Positions 19,001-26,518 of a stretch of 48,832 nt of DNA are shown piece after piece. How positions within the stretch are numbered: the stretch's first letter is position 1; the number at the start of each line of letters is the position of its first letter. The notes beneath the pieces are model-generated. The model ran no database searches, had not been told where the DNA came from, and saw nothing but the letters and a program-made list of their open reading frames with translations. A program made the position numbers and the translations under genes. Source of the stretch: Chloroflexia bacterium (GTDB lineage: Bacteria > Chloroflexota > Chloroflexia > QHBQ01 > JAICKM01); the NCBI GenBank assembly GCA_038252265.1, contig JBBSAN010000001.1:1-48832 (forward strand). The letters are read 5' to 3'.

Positions 19001-19280
19001 ACTGCGCGTCGTCTATCATGATCTGCTCTTGCGCCTCGCCGCCGCCTATTTCGCGGCGGATCGCCTGGCCGACTGTATCACCGTCGCCCAAACCCTGTGG
19101 GACCAGGAACCGTGGAGCGAGGAGGCGGTGTTGTGGCTGATGCAGGCCCACGCAGCACGGGGCAATCGTGCTCCGGCCTTGCGGGCCTATCAAACCCTGG
19201 CGGCGCGGCTCCAGGCCGAACTGAACATCACCCCCCGCGCCGATGTCACCGCATTCTATCAGCAATTATTGCGCTCGTAA
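16002..19280 (+). CDS. Large STAND-type regulator: MalT-like P-loop ATPase + TPR array + C-terminal SARP module (OmpR-type winged helix + BTAD)
   Basis: Walker A LISAPSGYGKTTLV, Walker B LLILDNLH, and long TPR-like helical repeats. The last 243 aa (18549-19277) read LYIRTLGTFTLQRGERV...ELTEVFWPD...NLHQAVAALRHAL, then LYQGDYLADQPYAEW...RE.L...Y.DLL, the BTAD signature. ATG 16002 preceded by AGGAGA is preferred over 15933. Confidence 0.85.
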   Translation: MAYTSFPDPVRPASVVLHTRCCVPQLGWDPFSRDSLLSRLQDSTRKYRLTLISAPSGYGKTTLVADFANRQAGSLGWISLEDEHNDPLLLLAYLQTALQRQLPSGFDLSLALEPRAALTLLLNALDPGGAAGSLLILDNLHRLVTPDALALVGRLIEYAGTHLHFIALAWGEPRLDNLSRLRAAGQVATFTADDLRFTPDETQALLEQANRAPLPARATATIDVQLEGWALGVRLLADSVLRAPVATTADLANRLDTLRPQLFDYLAQEVLNPQPAALRTFLLHTAILDTLDAAACRALGGPGAQQWLTDLDRHLALVQPVDTERRQWRYRVFFRQFLQHVLERVLEPAAIRELHGVAATHYLAARDEEQALAHLLAAGAYEPAADLLGRLLESRYAASHSLALAEWLPRFPVALSEAHPWLILAQARLSSLSDNPGATEQLYEHAETVAREMGDQRAIFLARYYRAGWLLRRGRFRSAAALYRQTLPLATDAAEQADLLSHVAYTLYMGTGQTDEALDLLDQALDLFRGSDRSARTINILQLQADMRFNLGDLRGALAGYHTVLDLAAQEGNLPELAAIRYKAAYIHVLCGEWTAGEALAEQEHTLAHDANLPRRDADATLIRGMVAQGRWHFAQARAYYEEALTIYRQLNDQRQLALVLTWLGTLARREGKLEEAVHCGEASLALRQKLNVPYELGLTLISLGRSLAEQGAWDQARTHWTTALEIFTCARAHYMEAQLHIYLAGGALQNPEGAQTAGLHSHLTAALALCWRYDYSFLFTSDPAWSAPLLVAAIEAGIDVPTATQFLQHIGKTGTTEALTALTTVKPGVPRAKRAVAAALDTWLEVPPEPLYIRTLGTFTLQRGERVISNWPRASARAVFQYLLLFRSRPVPMEELTEVFWPDSAPAPARKNLHQAVAALRHALEPELPMGIASRYLRVNSGTYQIVLPTGSTLADEQFLSQSTVRQSVPVLEQAVRLYQGDYLADQPYAEWTMPRREQLRVVYHDLLLRLAAAYFAADRLADCITVAQTLWDQEPWSEEAVLWLMQAHAARGNRAPALRAYQTLAARLQAELNITPRADVTAFYQQLLRS

Positions 19281-19319
19281 GGCCGTTGCGGTGAAGCGGG
19301 GGCCCGGCCAGGGCCGATT

Positions 19320-19351
19320 GTCACCGATTTGTCACCAGGCTATGCTATAAA
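19320..19351 (+). promoter_or_regulatory. SARP-box promoter A: GTCACCG-ATTT-GTCACCA-GGCTATGC-TATAAA
   Basis: Two heptamers 11 bp apart, with the 3' heptamer 8 bp from a TATAAA(AT) -10. Starts 40 nt after the regulator stop and about 210 nt upstream of the Cys-rich peptide gene. A near-identical copy lies at 31571-31602. Confidence 0.65.
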
Positions 19352-19563
19352 ATCATCACCGGGTCTGGTTTATGGCCTGGCATGTCACCCGTCGATCGTT
19401 CCCACTGCACCACCCCGCACCCGGCTGTGCACCTCGCGCGGCTGCGACGGGCAAGGGAACGCGACACGGGCGCTCTGCTGGTCCGGTCACTATGATCCGT
19501 CTCTGCTCATCAGACAATGGGCAGGCTGATTCAATTGTGCGCAAATTATTAAGGAGGCAGACA

Positions 19564-19995
19564 ATGGCGGACATCGAAGGTAGCAATGCTCCGGAACCCA
19601 TCGAGCTTGATCGCGCAGCCCTGCGCCGCGCCCTGGTCAAGTATCCCGAAATCGTGGCAGAAGCCCTGGGCACCCAGGCCCGCGAAGCCATGCCCCTGGA
19701 CACCCCCCTCAGCGAGATGCTCGCGCCTGAGCTGCGGGAAAAGATCCCCGCCCACATCGCGGCGTTGAGCAAGGGCGACCTGATGGCCCTGGGCGGCTGG
19801 AACGGCACGAAGAACCCGGCGGACCTGGGCTTGAACGCCGAAGATGTTTCGACGATCCGCGACCTCTTCAGCACCGAGCTGCTGCCGGTCGAAGTGCGCG
19901 GCTACCTCGCCGCCGAGATTTCGATCAGCTGCTGCTGCTGCACCCCGTGCTGTTGCGCCGCCGCTGAGACCGAACCAGTGCGCACCCTCGCCTAA
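19564..19995 (+). CDS. 143-aa candidate RiPP precursor with C-terminal SISCCCCTPCCCAAAETEPVRTLA
   Basis: Strong RBS AAGGAGG 6 nt before ATG 19564, with GC3-rich codon usage throughout. Seven Cys in nine residues (19930-19956), all within the last 21 residues. The leader-like N-terminal part is acidic and helical. A radical SAM gene follows directly. The ORF-track N-terminal extension from 19372 is rejected (no RBS, Arg/Pro-rich). Confidence 0.75.
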   Translation: MADIEGSNAPEPIELDRAALRRALVKYPEIVAEALGTQAREAMPLDTPLSEMLAPELREKIPAHIAALSKGDLMALGGWNGTKNPADLGLNAEDVSTIRDLFSTELLPVEVRGYLAAEISISCCCCTPCCCAAAETEPVRTLA

Positions 19996-20073
19996 GCCAA
20001 TCGGGAGAAATAAGATCAGGCCAGAACGCGAGGTGCTGGCGCTTTGATCTTAGTTCCCCTCTTAGCGGCTAGT

Positions 20074-20111
20074 CCACCCGTACCCTTCCTGCGTGGGAGG
20101 GGTGCGGGTGG
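20074..20111 (+). terminator. Stem-loop (possible attenuator) between the precursor and radical SAM genes
   Basis: CCACCCGTACCC (20074-20085) pairs with GGGTGCGGGTGG (20100-20111), a 12-bp stem with one G-T pair, followed by ATTTGGGCTTTGTT. A second hairpin at 20012-20051 (AAGATCA..TGATCTT around GCCAG..CTGGC) precedes it. Confidence 0.45.
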
Positions 20112-20166
20112 ATTTGGGCTTTGTTACGATGGACGCTAGTGGATCCAGAAAGCTAAGGAGATATAC

Positions 20167-21576
20167 ATGAAGATCCTCTTGATCTGGCCGAAGTCGCGCA
20201 ATGAGATCCTAGGCTGGGGAGACCTCGGAGCCATCGCCGAGCCACTTGCTCTGGAGTATTTGGGCGCAGGGGCCAGGTTGGACGGGCATCAGGTGCGGTT
20301 GCTGGATCTACGGCTGCACCCGGACGAGCTAGAAACCACCATCCAGGAATATGACCCCGATCTCGTCGGTATCACCGCTTTCTCCATGCATGTCATTTCG
20401 GCGTTAGCGATTTGCCGCCGGATCAAAGCGGTCAATCCCCGCTGCTACACCGTGGCCGGGGGCCACCATGCCACGTTCTTGCCGGAAGACTTTTTCGAGC
20501 CGCAAATCGATTTTGTGGTGTCGGGCGAAGGCGTCACGCCTTTCCGCAGCCTGCTCCAGGCGCTTGCCAATCACGAGCCGCTCGTGGGCATCCCCGGCCT
20601 CTGGGGTCGCGTCGAGGGCACGTTTGCCTATGGGGGGGAACAACCTCCGTTCAATATCGACGAACTGCCGACCCCTGATCGGTCATTAACCGAGCGCGAC
20701 CGCTCCCGCTATTTCATTGACTGGATGAAGCCGATCGCCCTGGTGCGGACCACCGTGGGGTGCCCCTACCGCTGCTCCTTCTGCTCGCTGTGGAAGATGA
20801 TGGATGGGCGCTACTTCATGCGTGAGATCGACAGCGTGGTGGCGGAAATGGCGACCATCAAGGAAGAGTTTGTGTTCCTGGTGGACGACGAAGCCTTCAT
20901 CAACGGCCCACGCATGGTGCAACTGGCCCAGGCGCTCAAGGCCGCCGGGATTCATAAGCGGTTCTTCACCTATTGTCGCATTGACAGCCTGATCCGCCAG
21001 CGCAAAGCCCTGGCCGCCTGGCACGAGATCGGGCTGGAGCGCTTGTTCATCGGCGTAGACGCAATTTCCGAGAAGGACCTGGGGGAATATAACAAGCACC
21101 TGAAGGTCTCGCAGATCGAGGAAGGTTTCCGGGCCGCCAAAGCCCTGGATATTGAGATCTTCGCCCAGTTCGTGGTGAACACCGACTATACCCGCCGCGA
21201 CTTCCAACAACTGATCCGCTTTATTGAGCACCACAAGATCCGCTACCCCTCCTTCACGGTGCTCACGCCCATTCCGGGCACCGACATGCTTTCCACCTTC
21301 GATAATGTGATCGAGGTCCAGCCGAACGGTCGCCCGAACTGGGATCTCTTCGACTGCCAGAACGCCGTGACCGCGACCCAGTTGCCCAAGCGTGAGTTCC
21401 TCAAGTTGTACCGCGATCTGTACACCGTCTTCAAGGGGGCCTACTCCCAGTACCGGGAGCATGTGAACGTGCAAACCCGCCAGGAGCAGGTGGTGGCCGA
21501 GAACGGGCGGCGCGGCACAATCGAGTCGGTGCGTCCTTACAGCCAGGCCGAGGAAGCCCTGACCTACAGCTCTTGA
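20167..21576 (+). CDS. B12-binding-domain radical SAM enzyme (class B rSAM)
   Basis: N-terminal Rossmann-like KILLIWPK...LEYLGAG...VRLLDLRL...DLVGITA as in cobalamin-binding domains. CPYRCSFCS CxxxCxxC cluster motif. RBS AAGGAG. Confidence 0.85.
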   Translation: MKILLIWPKSRNEILGWGDLGAIAEPLALEYLGAGARLDGHQVRLLDLRLHPDELETTIQEYDPDLVGITAFSMHVISALAICRRIKAVNPRCYTVAGGHHATFLPEDFFEPQIDFVVSGEGVTPFRSLLQALANHEPLVGIPGLWGRVEGTFAYGGEQPPFNIDELPTPDRSLTERDRSRYFIDWMKPIALVRTTVGCPYRCSFCSLWKMMDGRYFMREIDSVVAEMATIKEEFVFLVDDEAFINGPRMVQLAQALKAAGIHKRFFTYCRIDSLIRQRKALAAWHEIGLERLFIGVDAISEKDLGEYNKHLKVSQIEEGFRAAKALDIEIFAQFVVNTDYTRRDFQQLIRFIEHHKIRYPSFTVLTPIPGTDMLSTFDNVIEVQPNGRPNWDLFDCQNAVTATQLPKREFLKLYRDLYTVFKGAYSQYREHVNVQTRQEQVVAENGRRGTIESVRPYSQAEEALTYSS

Positions 21577-21677
21577 TCGACCCCTACTCGCACAAGGCTT
21601 CGGCGTGTAATTCCTGGCTGCCGGAGTCGGACTCCGGCGCATGTCACAACATACTCCGCTAACCCAACGCATACTCA

Positions 21678-21722
21678 GTCAACAAAGCACTCCGGGCGGG
21701 GTGCTTTGTTGACTTTATTTTT
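21678..21722 (+). terminator. Intrinsic terminator after the radical SAM gene
   Basis: Perfect 13-bp stem GTCAACAAAGCAC / GTGCTTTGTTGAC, a 10-nt loop, then TTTATTTTT. Confidence 0.85.
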
Positions 21723-21733
21723 CGCCCCGAGGA

Positions 21734-21742
21734 TGGTATAAT
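21734..21742 (+). promoter_or_regulatory. Extended -10 promoter (TGGTATAAT) for the ABC exporter operon
   Basis: TGnTATAAT directly after the terminator and about 80 nt before GTG 21820. No good -35 was seen. Confidence 0.5.
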
Positions 21743-21819
21743 CAGCCCCATTCTCAGGGCAGGCGCATATCCTGGCTCCCCTGCTGATCCCAGGACCCTA
21801 GCCCCCAAGGAGGCACCAC

Positions 21820-23571
21820 GTGGAGGAGAAGCGCAACGACCTATGGCGACCCCTGGTATATCTCCGGGCGTACCCCCGCTTGATGATTGCCATTGTTGTC
21901 ACCATGCTCATCTCGGTTGCGGCGACGCTGGGGGTTCCCCAGATCGTGAAGACGGTCATCAACGCGACCCTCTCGAACCGTGAGCAAAGCATCGCCATTC
22001 TAGGTGGGCTGGCGATCGTCGGGCTGGCGTTCGTGCAGAGTGTCACGCGCTTTTTGCAAGGGTTTTTCTCGGTCCAGGTGGCCGAGGGATTGGCCTATGA
22101 CGTGCGGAGCGCTCTCTTCAAGAAGCTCCAGAGCCTGGGATTTAGCTATCATGATCGGGCCGACCAGGGCCAGATGATCACCCGCCTCACCTCGGATGTG
22201 GACAATATCCGCAGCTTCACCAGTAGCCTGCTCAGCCAGATTATGAACACGGTCCTGATCGTGATCGCCAGTGCGGTGCTCCTGCTCCTGATCAACTGGC
22301 CCCTGGCGCTGCTGACCTTCCTCGTCGTCCCCCCGATGCTGCTGGTCTTGAACAAGTTCCAGAAGATGGCCGGGCCGCTCTTCGGGCAAAGCCAGCGGAT
22401 GCAAGGCATGTTGATCTCGATCTTGCAGGAGAATATCACCAACTCGCGCGTGGTGCGGATCTTCAACCGCCAGGGCTACGAGGTGGATCGCTTCACCAAG
22501 GCGGTGCAGTCGTACTTCCAGGCGATGATGCAAATCATCAAAGCGGTTTCGTGGATCTTCCCCCTGAATGCCTTCCTGGGCACGGTGGCGACCTTCCTCA
22601 TCATCGGGGTCGGCGGCTACGATGTCATCACCAAGACGATGTCGCTGGGCGACCTGATCGCCTTCAACACCTATTTCTCGATCATGATCTTGCCGCTCTT
22701 CGCCCTGGGCAGCATCACGTTCCAGATGGCTTCGGCCTCGGCCTCGACCACCCGGGTCTATGAGGTGATGGACGAACCGGCGGATCTGGCGGTGCCTACG
22801 GCGGCCAAAGAACTGACGGCTGTGACGGGGCGGATCACGTTCGATCATGTGTCGTTCCGCTATCCGGGCACCGAGAACGACATCGTGAAAGATGTCAGCT
22901 TCACCGTCGAGCCGGGGCAAATGGTGGCCCTGGTCGGCTCCACCGGATCGGGTAAATCCACCCTGCTCCATCTGCTGCCGCGCTTCTACGATGTCACCGA
23001 GGGCCGGATCCTGCTGGACGGGCAGGATGTGCGCGAGGTGAGCCTGGAAGCCCTCCGGCGGCAGGTTGTGCTGGTGCGGCAGACCACCCAATTGTTCCGC
23101 GCCACCATCCGCGAAAACATCGCCTTTGGGCGACCGGAGGCGACGCTGCTGGAGATCCAGGAAGCGGCCCGCGTGGCCCAGGCGCAAGACTTTATCGAGG
23201 CCTTGCCCCAGGGTTATGAAACCTCGTTAGGCGAGGGCGGATCGGGCCTGTCCGGTGGGCAGCGCCAACGCCTCGCGCTGGCCCGTGCCTTGCTCCTCCG
23301 CCCGCCCGTGCTGATCCTGGACGATAGCACCTCGGCGCTGGATGCGGCGACCGAGCGGAACTTCATGGACGCGCTGGCGAAGCTCCCCTATCCCTGCACC
23401 CGCCTCGTCATCTCGGAGCGCCCCAGCACCGTCGAGCGCGCCGATCAGATCCTGGTCCTGGAGGAAGGGCGGATCACCGCCCAGGGCAGCTACCAGGAGC
23501 TATTGCAGGTCAATCGTGTGTTTGCCGCGTTGTTCAGCACCCCATCACCGCGAGAGGTTGTGACCGTATGA
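21820..23571 (+). CDS. ABC exporter subunit 1 (TMD-NBD half transporter, degenerate-site partner)
   Basis: 6-TM exporter domain, Walker A GSTGSGKST, canonical signature LSGGQRQR. Walker B is ILDDSTSALD, with Asp in place of the catalytic Glu. GTG start preceded by AAGGAGG. Confidence 0.9.
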   Translation: MEEKRNDLWRPLVYLRAYPRLMIAIVVTMLISVAATLGVPQIVKTVINATLSNREQSIAILGGLAIVGLAFVQSVTRFLQGFFSVQVAEGLAYDVRSALFKKLQSLGFSYHDRADQGQMITRLTSDVDNIRSFTSSLLSQIMNTVLIVIASAVLLLLINWPLALLTFLVVPPMLLVLNKFQKMAGPLFGQSQRMQGMLISILQENITNSRVVRIFNRQGYEVDRFTKAVQSYFQAMMQIIKAVSWIFPLNAFLGTVATFLIIGVGGYDVITKTMSLGDLIAFNTYFSIMILPLFALGSITFQMASASASTTRVYEVMDEPADLAVPTAAKELTAVTGRITFDHVSFRYPGTENDIVKDVSFTVEPGQMVALVGSTGSGKSTLLHLLPRFYDVTEGRILLDGQDVREVSLEALRRQVVLVRQTTQLFRATIRENIAFGRPEATLLEIQEAARVAQAQDFIEALPQGYETSLGEGGSGLSGGQRQRLALARALLLRPPVLILDDSTSALDAATERNFMDALAKLPYPCTRLVISERPSTVERADQILVLEEGRITAQGSYQELLQVNRVFAALFSTPSPREVVTV

Positions 23572-25847
23572 GCAGCCCGACTCCCGCCCAAACGATCCGT
23601 ACTACCGACCGCACGGCGCGCGGCGGGGCCGAGGCTCGCCCGGCCCCCGCCCAAGGCCCGGGGTTGCGGGTCTTTGCCCGCCTGGGCGAGTTTATCAAGC
23701 CGGACCGCGCCCAGGTCCTGCTGGTCTTGTTGATGACCATTGTGGGCGGCATCGCCAGCGCCACCGGCCCCGCCCTGGTCGCCCAGGCGATCAACGGGCC
23801 AATCGTGCGCGGCGACACGACCGGCCTGGTGTTCGTCCTCATCCAGATCGGCGTGATCTACATCCTGAGCTTCGTCATGCAGATGATCCAGCTCTATCTG
23901 CTGGGGGCGCTGGCCCAACGGGTGCTCCAACGGCTGCGGGTGGCGATCATGCAGAAGCTCTCCGAACTGGATATCGCCCAGTTTGATCAGCAATCCTCCG
24001 GCGATTTTATTGCCCGCCTGACCAATGACCTGAACCGGCTGGCGGCCTTGTTCGGGCAGAGCCTGATGCAAACCTTGGGTTCCAGTGCCGTGCTGATCGT
24101 CGTGCTGGTGACCATGCTGGCCCTGGACTGGCGGCTGGCCCTGGCGAGCTTCGTGGTCCTGCCGCTGATCTTCTGGGTCACGCTCTATCTCTCCCGGCGA
24201 ACCTTCACGGCGGCGGGGCAGTCCCGCGCCGCCAGCAGCAACCTGACCGAGGCGTCCCGCGAGGAGTTGACCAATATCCGGGTAAGCCAGGTGTTCAACC
24301 GCGCCGCCGTGAACCAGGAGCACTTCCAGCGCATTGGCGGGGTGTACCGGGATGCGGTGGTGCGCGAGGCTCGCTGGACCGATGCTTCGACACCGATCAA
24401 CTCGGTCCTGTCGGCCCTCTCCCTCGCCATTGTGATCGGCTTCGGCTCCTACCTGACCCTCAACGGCCTGTCCACGGTCGGGACCGTGGTCGCCTTTATC
24501 CTCTACGTGCAGCAATTCAACTGGCCGTTGCAGTCCACGGCCAACCTCTATAACCAGCTTCAGGGGACGGTCGCCTCGGCCCAGCGCATCTGGGAGATCC
24601 TGGATACCCCGGTAACGGTGCGCGATGCGCCAGACGCGCAGGAACTCACATCCCTCACCGGCGAAGTGGTCTTCGAGAATGTCACCTTTGGCTACAAGCA
24701 GGGTCAGCCGGTCATCCGCGATGTGAACCTCACCATCCCCGCCGGGAAGACGGTGGCGGTCGTCGGGGCCACCGGGGCGGGCAAGTCTACCCTGGTCAAT
24801 CTGGTGACACGCTTCTATGATGTGTGGTCGGGGCGGGTCTTGGTGGACGGCCACGATGTGCGCTCGCTGACCCAGGCCAGCCTGCGCAGCGAGATGGCGG
24901 TCATCCTCCAGGAAAGCCAGCTCTTTGCCGGAACGATTGGCAGCAACATCCGCTATGGACAACTGACGGCGACCCAGGACGAAGTGATCGAAGCGGCGAA
25001 AGCCGCGAACGCCCACGACTTTATCATGGCCCTCCCCAAAGGCTACGACACGCCGATCGGGGGGCGCGGAATCACCCTCAGCAACGGCCAGGCGCAATTA
25101 CTGGTCTTCGCTCGCGCCCTGGTTCGCAATCCCAAAATCTTGATCCTCGATGAAGCGACCAGCACGCTCGATGTCGAAACGGAGCGGATCGTGCATGAAG
25201 CCCTGGAACGGGTGCTGGAGAACCGTACCAGCCTGGTGATCGCCCACCGGCTCAGCACCATCCGCAATGCCGATCAGATCGTCGTTATGGACCTGGGCCA
25301 GGTGGTCGAGCAGGGCACCCACGATGAGTTGATGGCGCAGGGCGGGCGCTATGCGGCCCTCGTCGCTCACCAGGGCGCGGGCAGCCTGCGGGTGGGCGTG
25401 GAGGCGGATCGCCTGGCGGCGATCCCGCTGTTCGCCCAACTGAGCGAGGACACGCGGCGGACTCTGGCCGAAGCCCTGCACACAGAGCGGCACGGGGCCG
25501 GAGAGGATATCGTGGAGCAGGGAGCGTTCGGCGGTAACTTCTACGTGATCAGTAGCGGGCAAGTCGAAGTGCTGGTGGACACAAACGGCACCGAGCAGGT
25601 GCTCAGTATCCTCAACGCCGGGGACTACTTTGGCGAGATCGCGCTCGTCGAAAAGGCGGCACGCACCGCGACCGTGCGTACAACCCAGGCGACCGAATTG
25701 TACACGCTGGATCAGGCCGACTTCGCGGCGCTGCTGGAGCGCGAAGCCGGGCTGCGCCAGGCCATGGCCGAGATCATCCTGCGCCGTGAGGATGAATTGA
25801 CCGCCCCGGTCGGAGCCGGACGCAACGGCGCGGCGGCAGCCGTCTAA
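23568..25847 (+). CDS. ABC exporter subunit 2 (TMD-NBD) with C-terminal cyclic-nucleotide-binding (CAP-type) domain
   Basis: ATGA overlap with subunit 1. Walker A GATGAGKST and Walker B ILDEATSTLD (catalytic Glu present), but a deviant signature LSNGQAQ. The last ~150 aa (from about 25383) read IPLFAQLSEDT...GEDIVEQGAFGGNFYVISSGQVEV...GDYFGEIALVEKAARTATVRT, the cNMP-binding signature. Confidence 0.9.
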   Translation: MSSPTPAQTIRTTDRTARGGAEARPAPAQGPGLRVFARLGEFIKPDRAQVLLVLLMTIVGGIASATGPALVAQAINGPIVRGDTTGLVFVLIQIGVIYILSFVMQMIQLYLLGALAQRVLQRLRVAIMQKLSELDIAQFDQQSSGDFIARLTNDLNRLAALFGQSLMQTLGSSAVLIVVLVTMLALDWRLALASFVVLPLIFWVTLYLSRRTFTAAGQSRAASSNLTEASREELTNIRVSQVFNRAAVNQEHFQRIGGVYRDAVVREARWTDASTPINSVLSALSLAIVIGFGSYLTLNGLSTVGTVVAFILYVQQFNWPLQSTANLYNQLQGTVASAQRIWEILDTPVTVRDAPDAQELTSLTGEVVFENVTFGYKQGQPVIRDVNLTIPAGKTVAVVGATGAGKSTLVNLVTRFYDVWSGRVLVDGHDVRSLTQASLRSEMAVILQESQLFAGTIGSNIRYGQLTATQDEVIEAAKAANAHDFIMALPKGYDTPIGGRGITLSNGQAQLLVFARALVRNPKILILDEATSTLDVETERIVHEALERVLENRTSLVIAHRLSTIRNADQIVVMDLGQVVEQGTHDELMAQGGRYAALVAHQGAGSLRVGVEADRLAAIPLFAQLSEDTRRTLAEALHTERHGAGEDIVEQGAFGGNFYVISSGQVEVLVDTNGTEQVLSILNAGDYFGEIALVEKAARTATVRTTQATELYTLDQADFAALLEREAGLRQAMAEIILRREDELTAPVGAGRNGAAAAV

Positions 25848-26155
25848 GAGGAATCGAGGTCGATTCGCGTATAGCCCCAGCAGCACAAAACGGGGCATTG
25901 TTGCGTTATCATTAGTGGTCGTATAAATGTCATAAGGCAGCGTCCTGCGAGCTGGACAGCACTGATGCTTCCTACTACGCGTTGTGGGTCCGCCCTTGGC
26001 GCACGCCTGCTGCCCTTGTAGTCGCTTGGCTCCTTTGGAAGGAACATGTGAGGATAAGACCCGTACGGCAGGGTTGGGACCGGGCCTGCTGATCCCTACC
26101 TGGCGGGCACCACGGCGCACCACCAGTGGCAACATAGTGGATAGAGGAGTTAGTC

Positions 26156-26377
26156 ATGAGCATGGAGAAGTATCCGGCAGACGTTCAGGCAACAGCAGAA
26201 GCTATTCACCAACGCGCCGAGAGTGATGCGCGCTTTAAAGTGCGCTTGCAAGATGATCCGGTGCGGGTTTTGCTGGCGGCGGGCCTGCCTGAAAATGCGC
26301 TACGGGACTTTATGCGGCAAGAAGGGCTGGAAGCCGAAGTCATGGGGTATATGGAAGAACTGGAAGACGCCTGGTAA
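26156..26377 (+). CDS. 73-aa acidic peptide with NHLP/Nif11-leader-like N-terminal region
   Basis: AIHQRAESDARFKVRLQDDPVRVLLAAGLPENAL resembles the (I)xxxAxxDxxFKxxLxxDPxxxLxxxGL core of nitrile-hydratase-like leader peptides. RBS AGAGGAG. The C-terminal 22 residues (FMRQEGLEAEVMGYMEELEDAW) have no Cys, Ser, Thr or GG site. Confidence 0.55.
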   Translation: MSMEKYPADVQATAEAIHQRAESDARFKVRLQDDPVRVLLAAGLPENALRDFMRQEGLEAEVMGYMEELEDAW

Positions 26378-26453
26378 AATAGCCCCCCTGGTTTCGTCCC
26401 CAGGTACGTGCATTGTCGTGGCGCGCCTCTGGTTTACTTGAGCGTATAGGCTG

Positions 26454-26500
26454 CATAACAAGGCCAGCATCCTCGCTGTGAGGATGCTGGCCTTGTTATG
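26454..26500. terminator. Perfect 21-bp hairpin between convergent genes (bidirectional terminator candidate)
   Basis: CATAACAAGGCCAGCATCCTC, loop GCTGT, GAGGATGCTGGCCTTGTTATG. Confidence 0.7.
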
Positions 26501-26518
26501 GCCCCGGAACGCGGACCG

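Noticed and set aside
19372-19563. N-terminal extension of the Cys-rich peptide ORF (207-aa version), and similar extensions at 39370, 37500, 45479, 28371, 27460, 15933 and 8030
   Set aside because: The extensions are Arg/Pro-rich and lack an RBS. In each case an internal ATG with a strong AGGAGG-type RBS gives a protein whose N-terminus matches the family (or a signal peptide).
19354-19563. Possible homologous structured RNA shared by the two SARP-box leaders
   Set aside because: Only short shared words (GCTGGTC, ATCCGTCT, CTSATCA) were found by eye. This is insufficient to claim a common RNA element without an alignment or covariation test.
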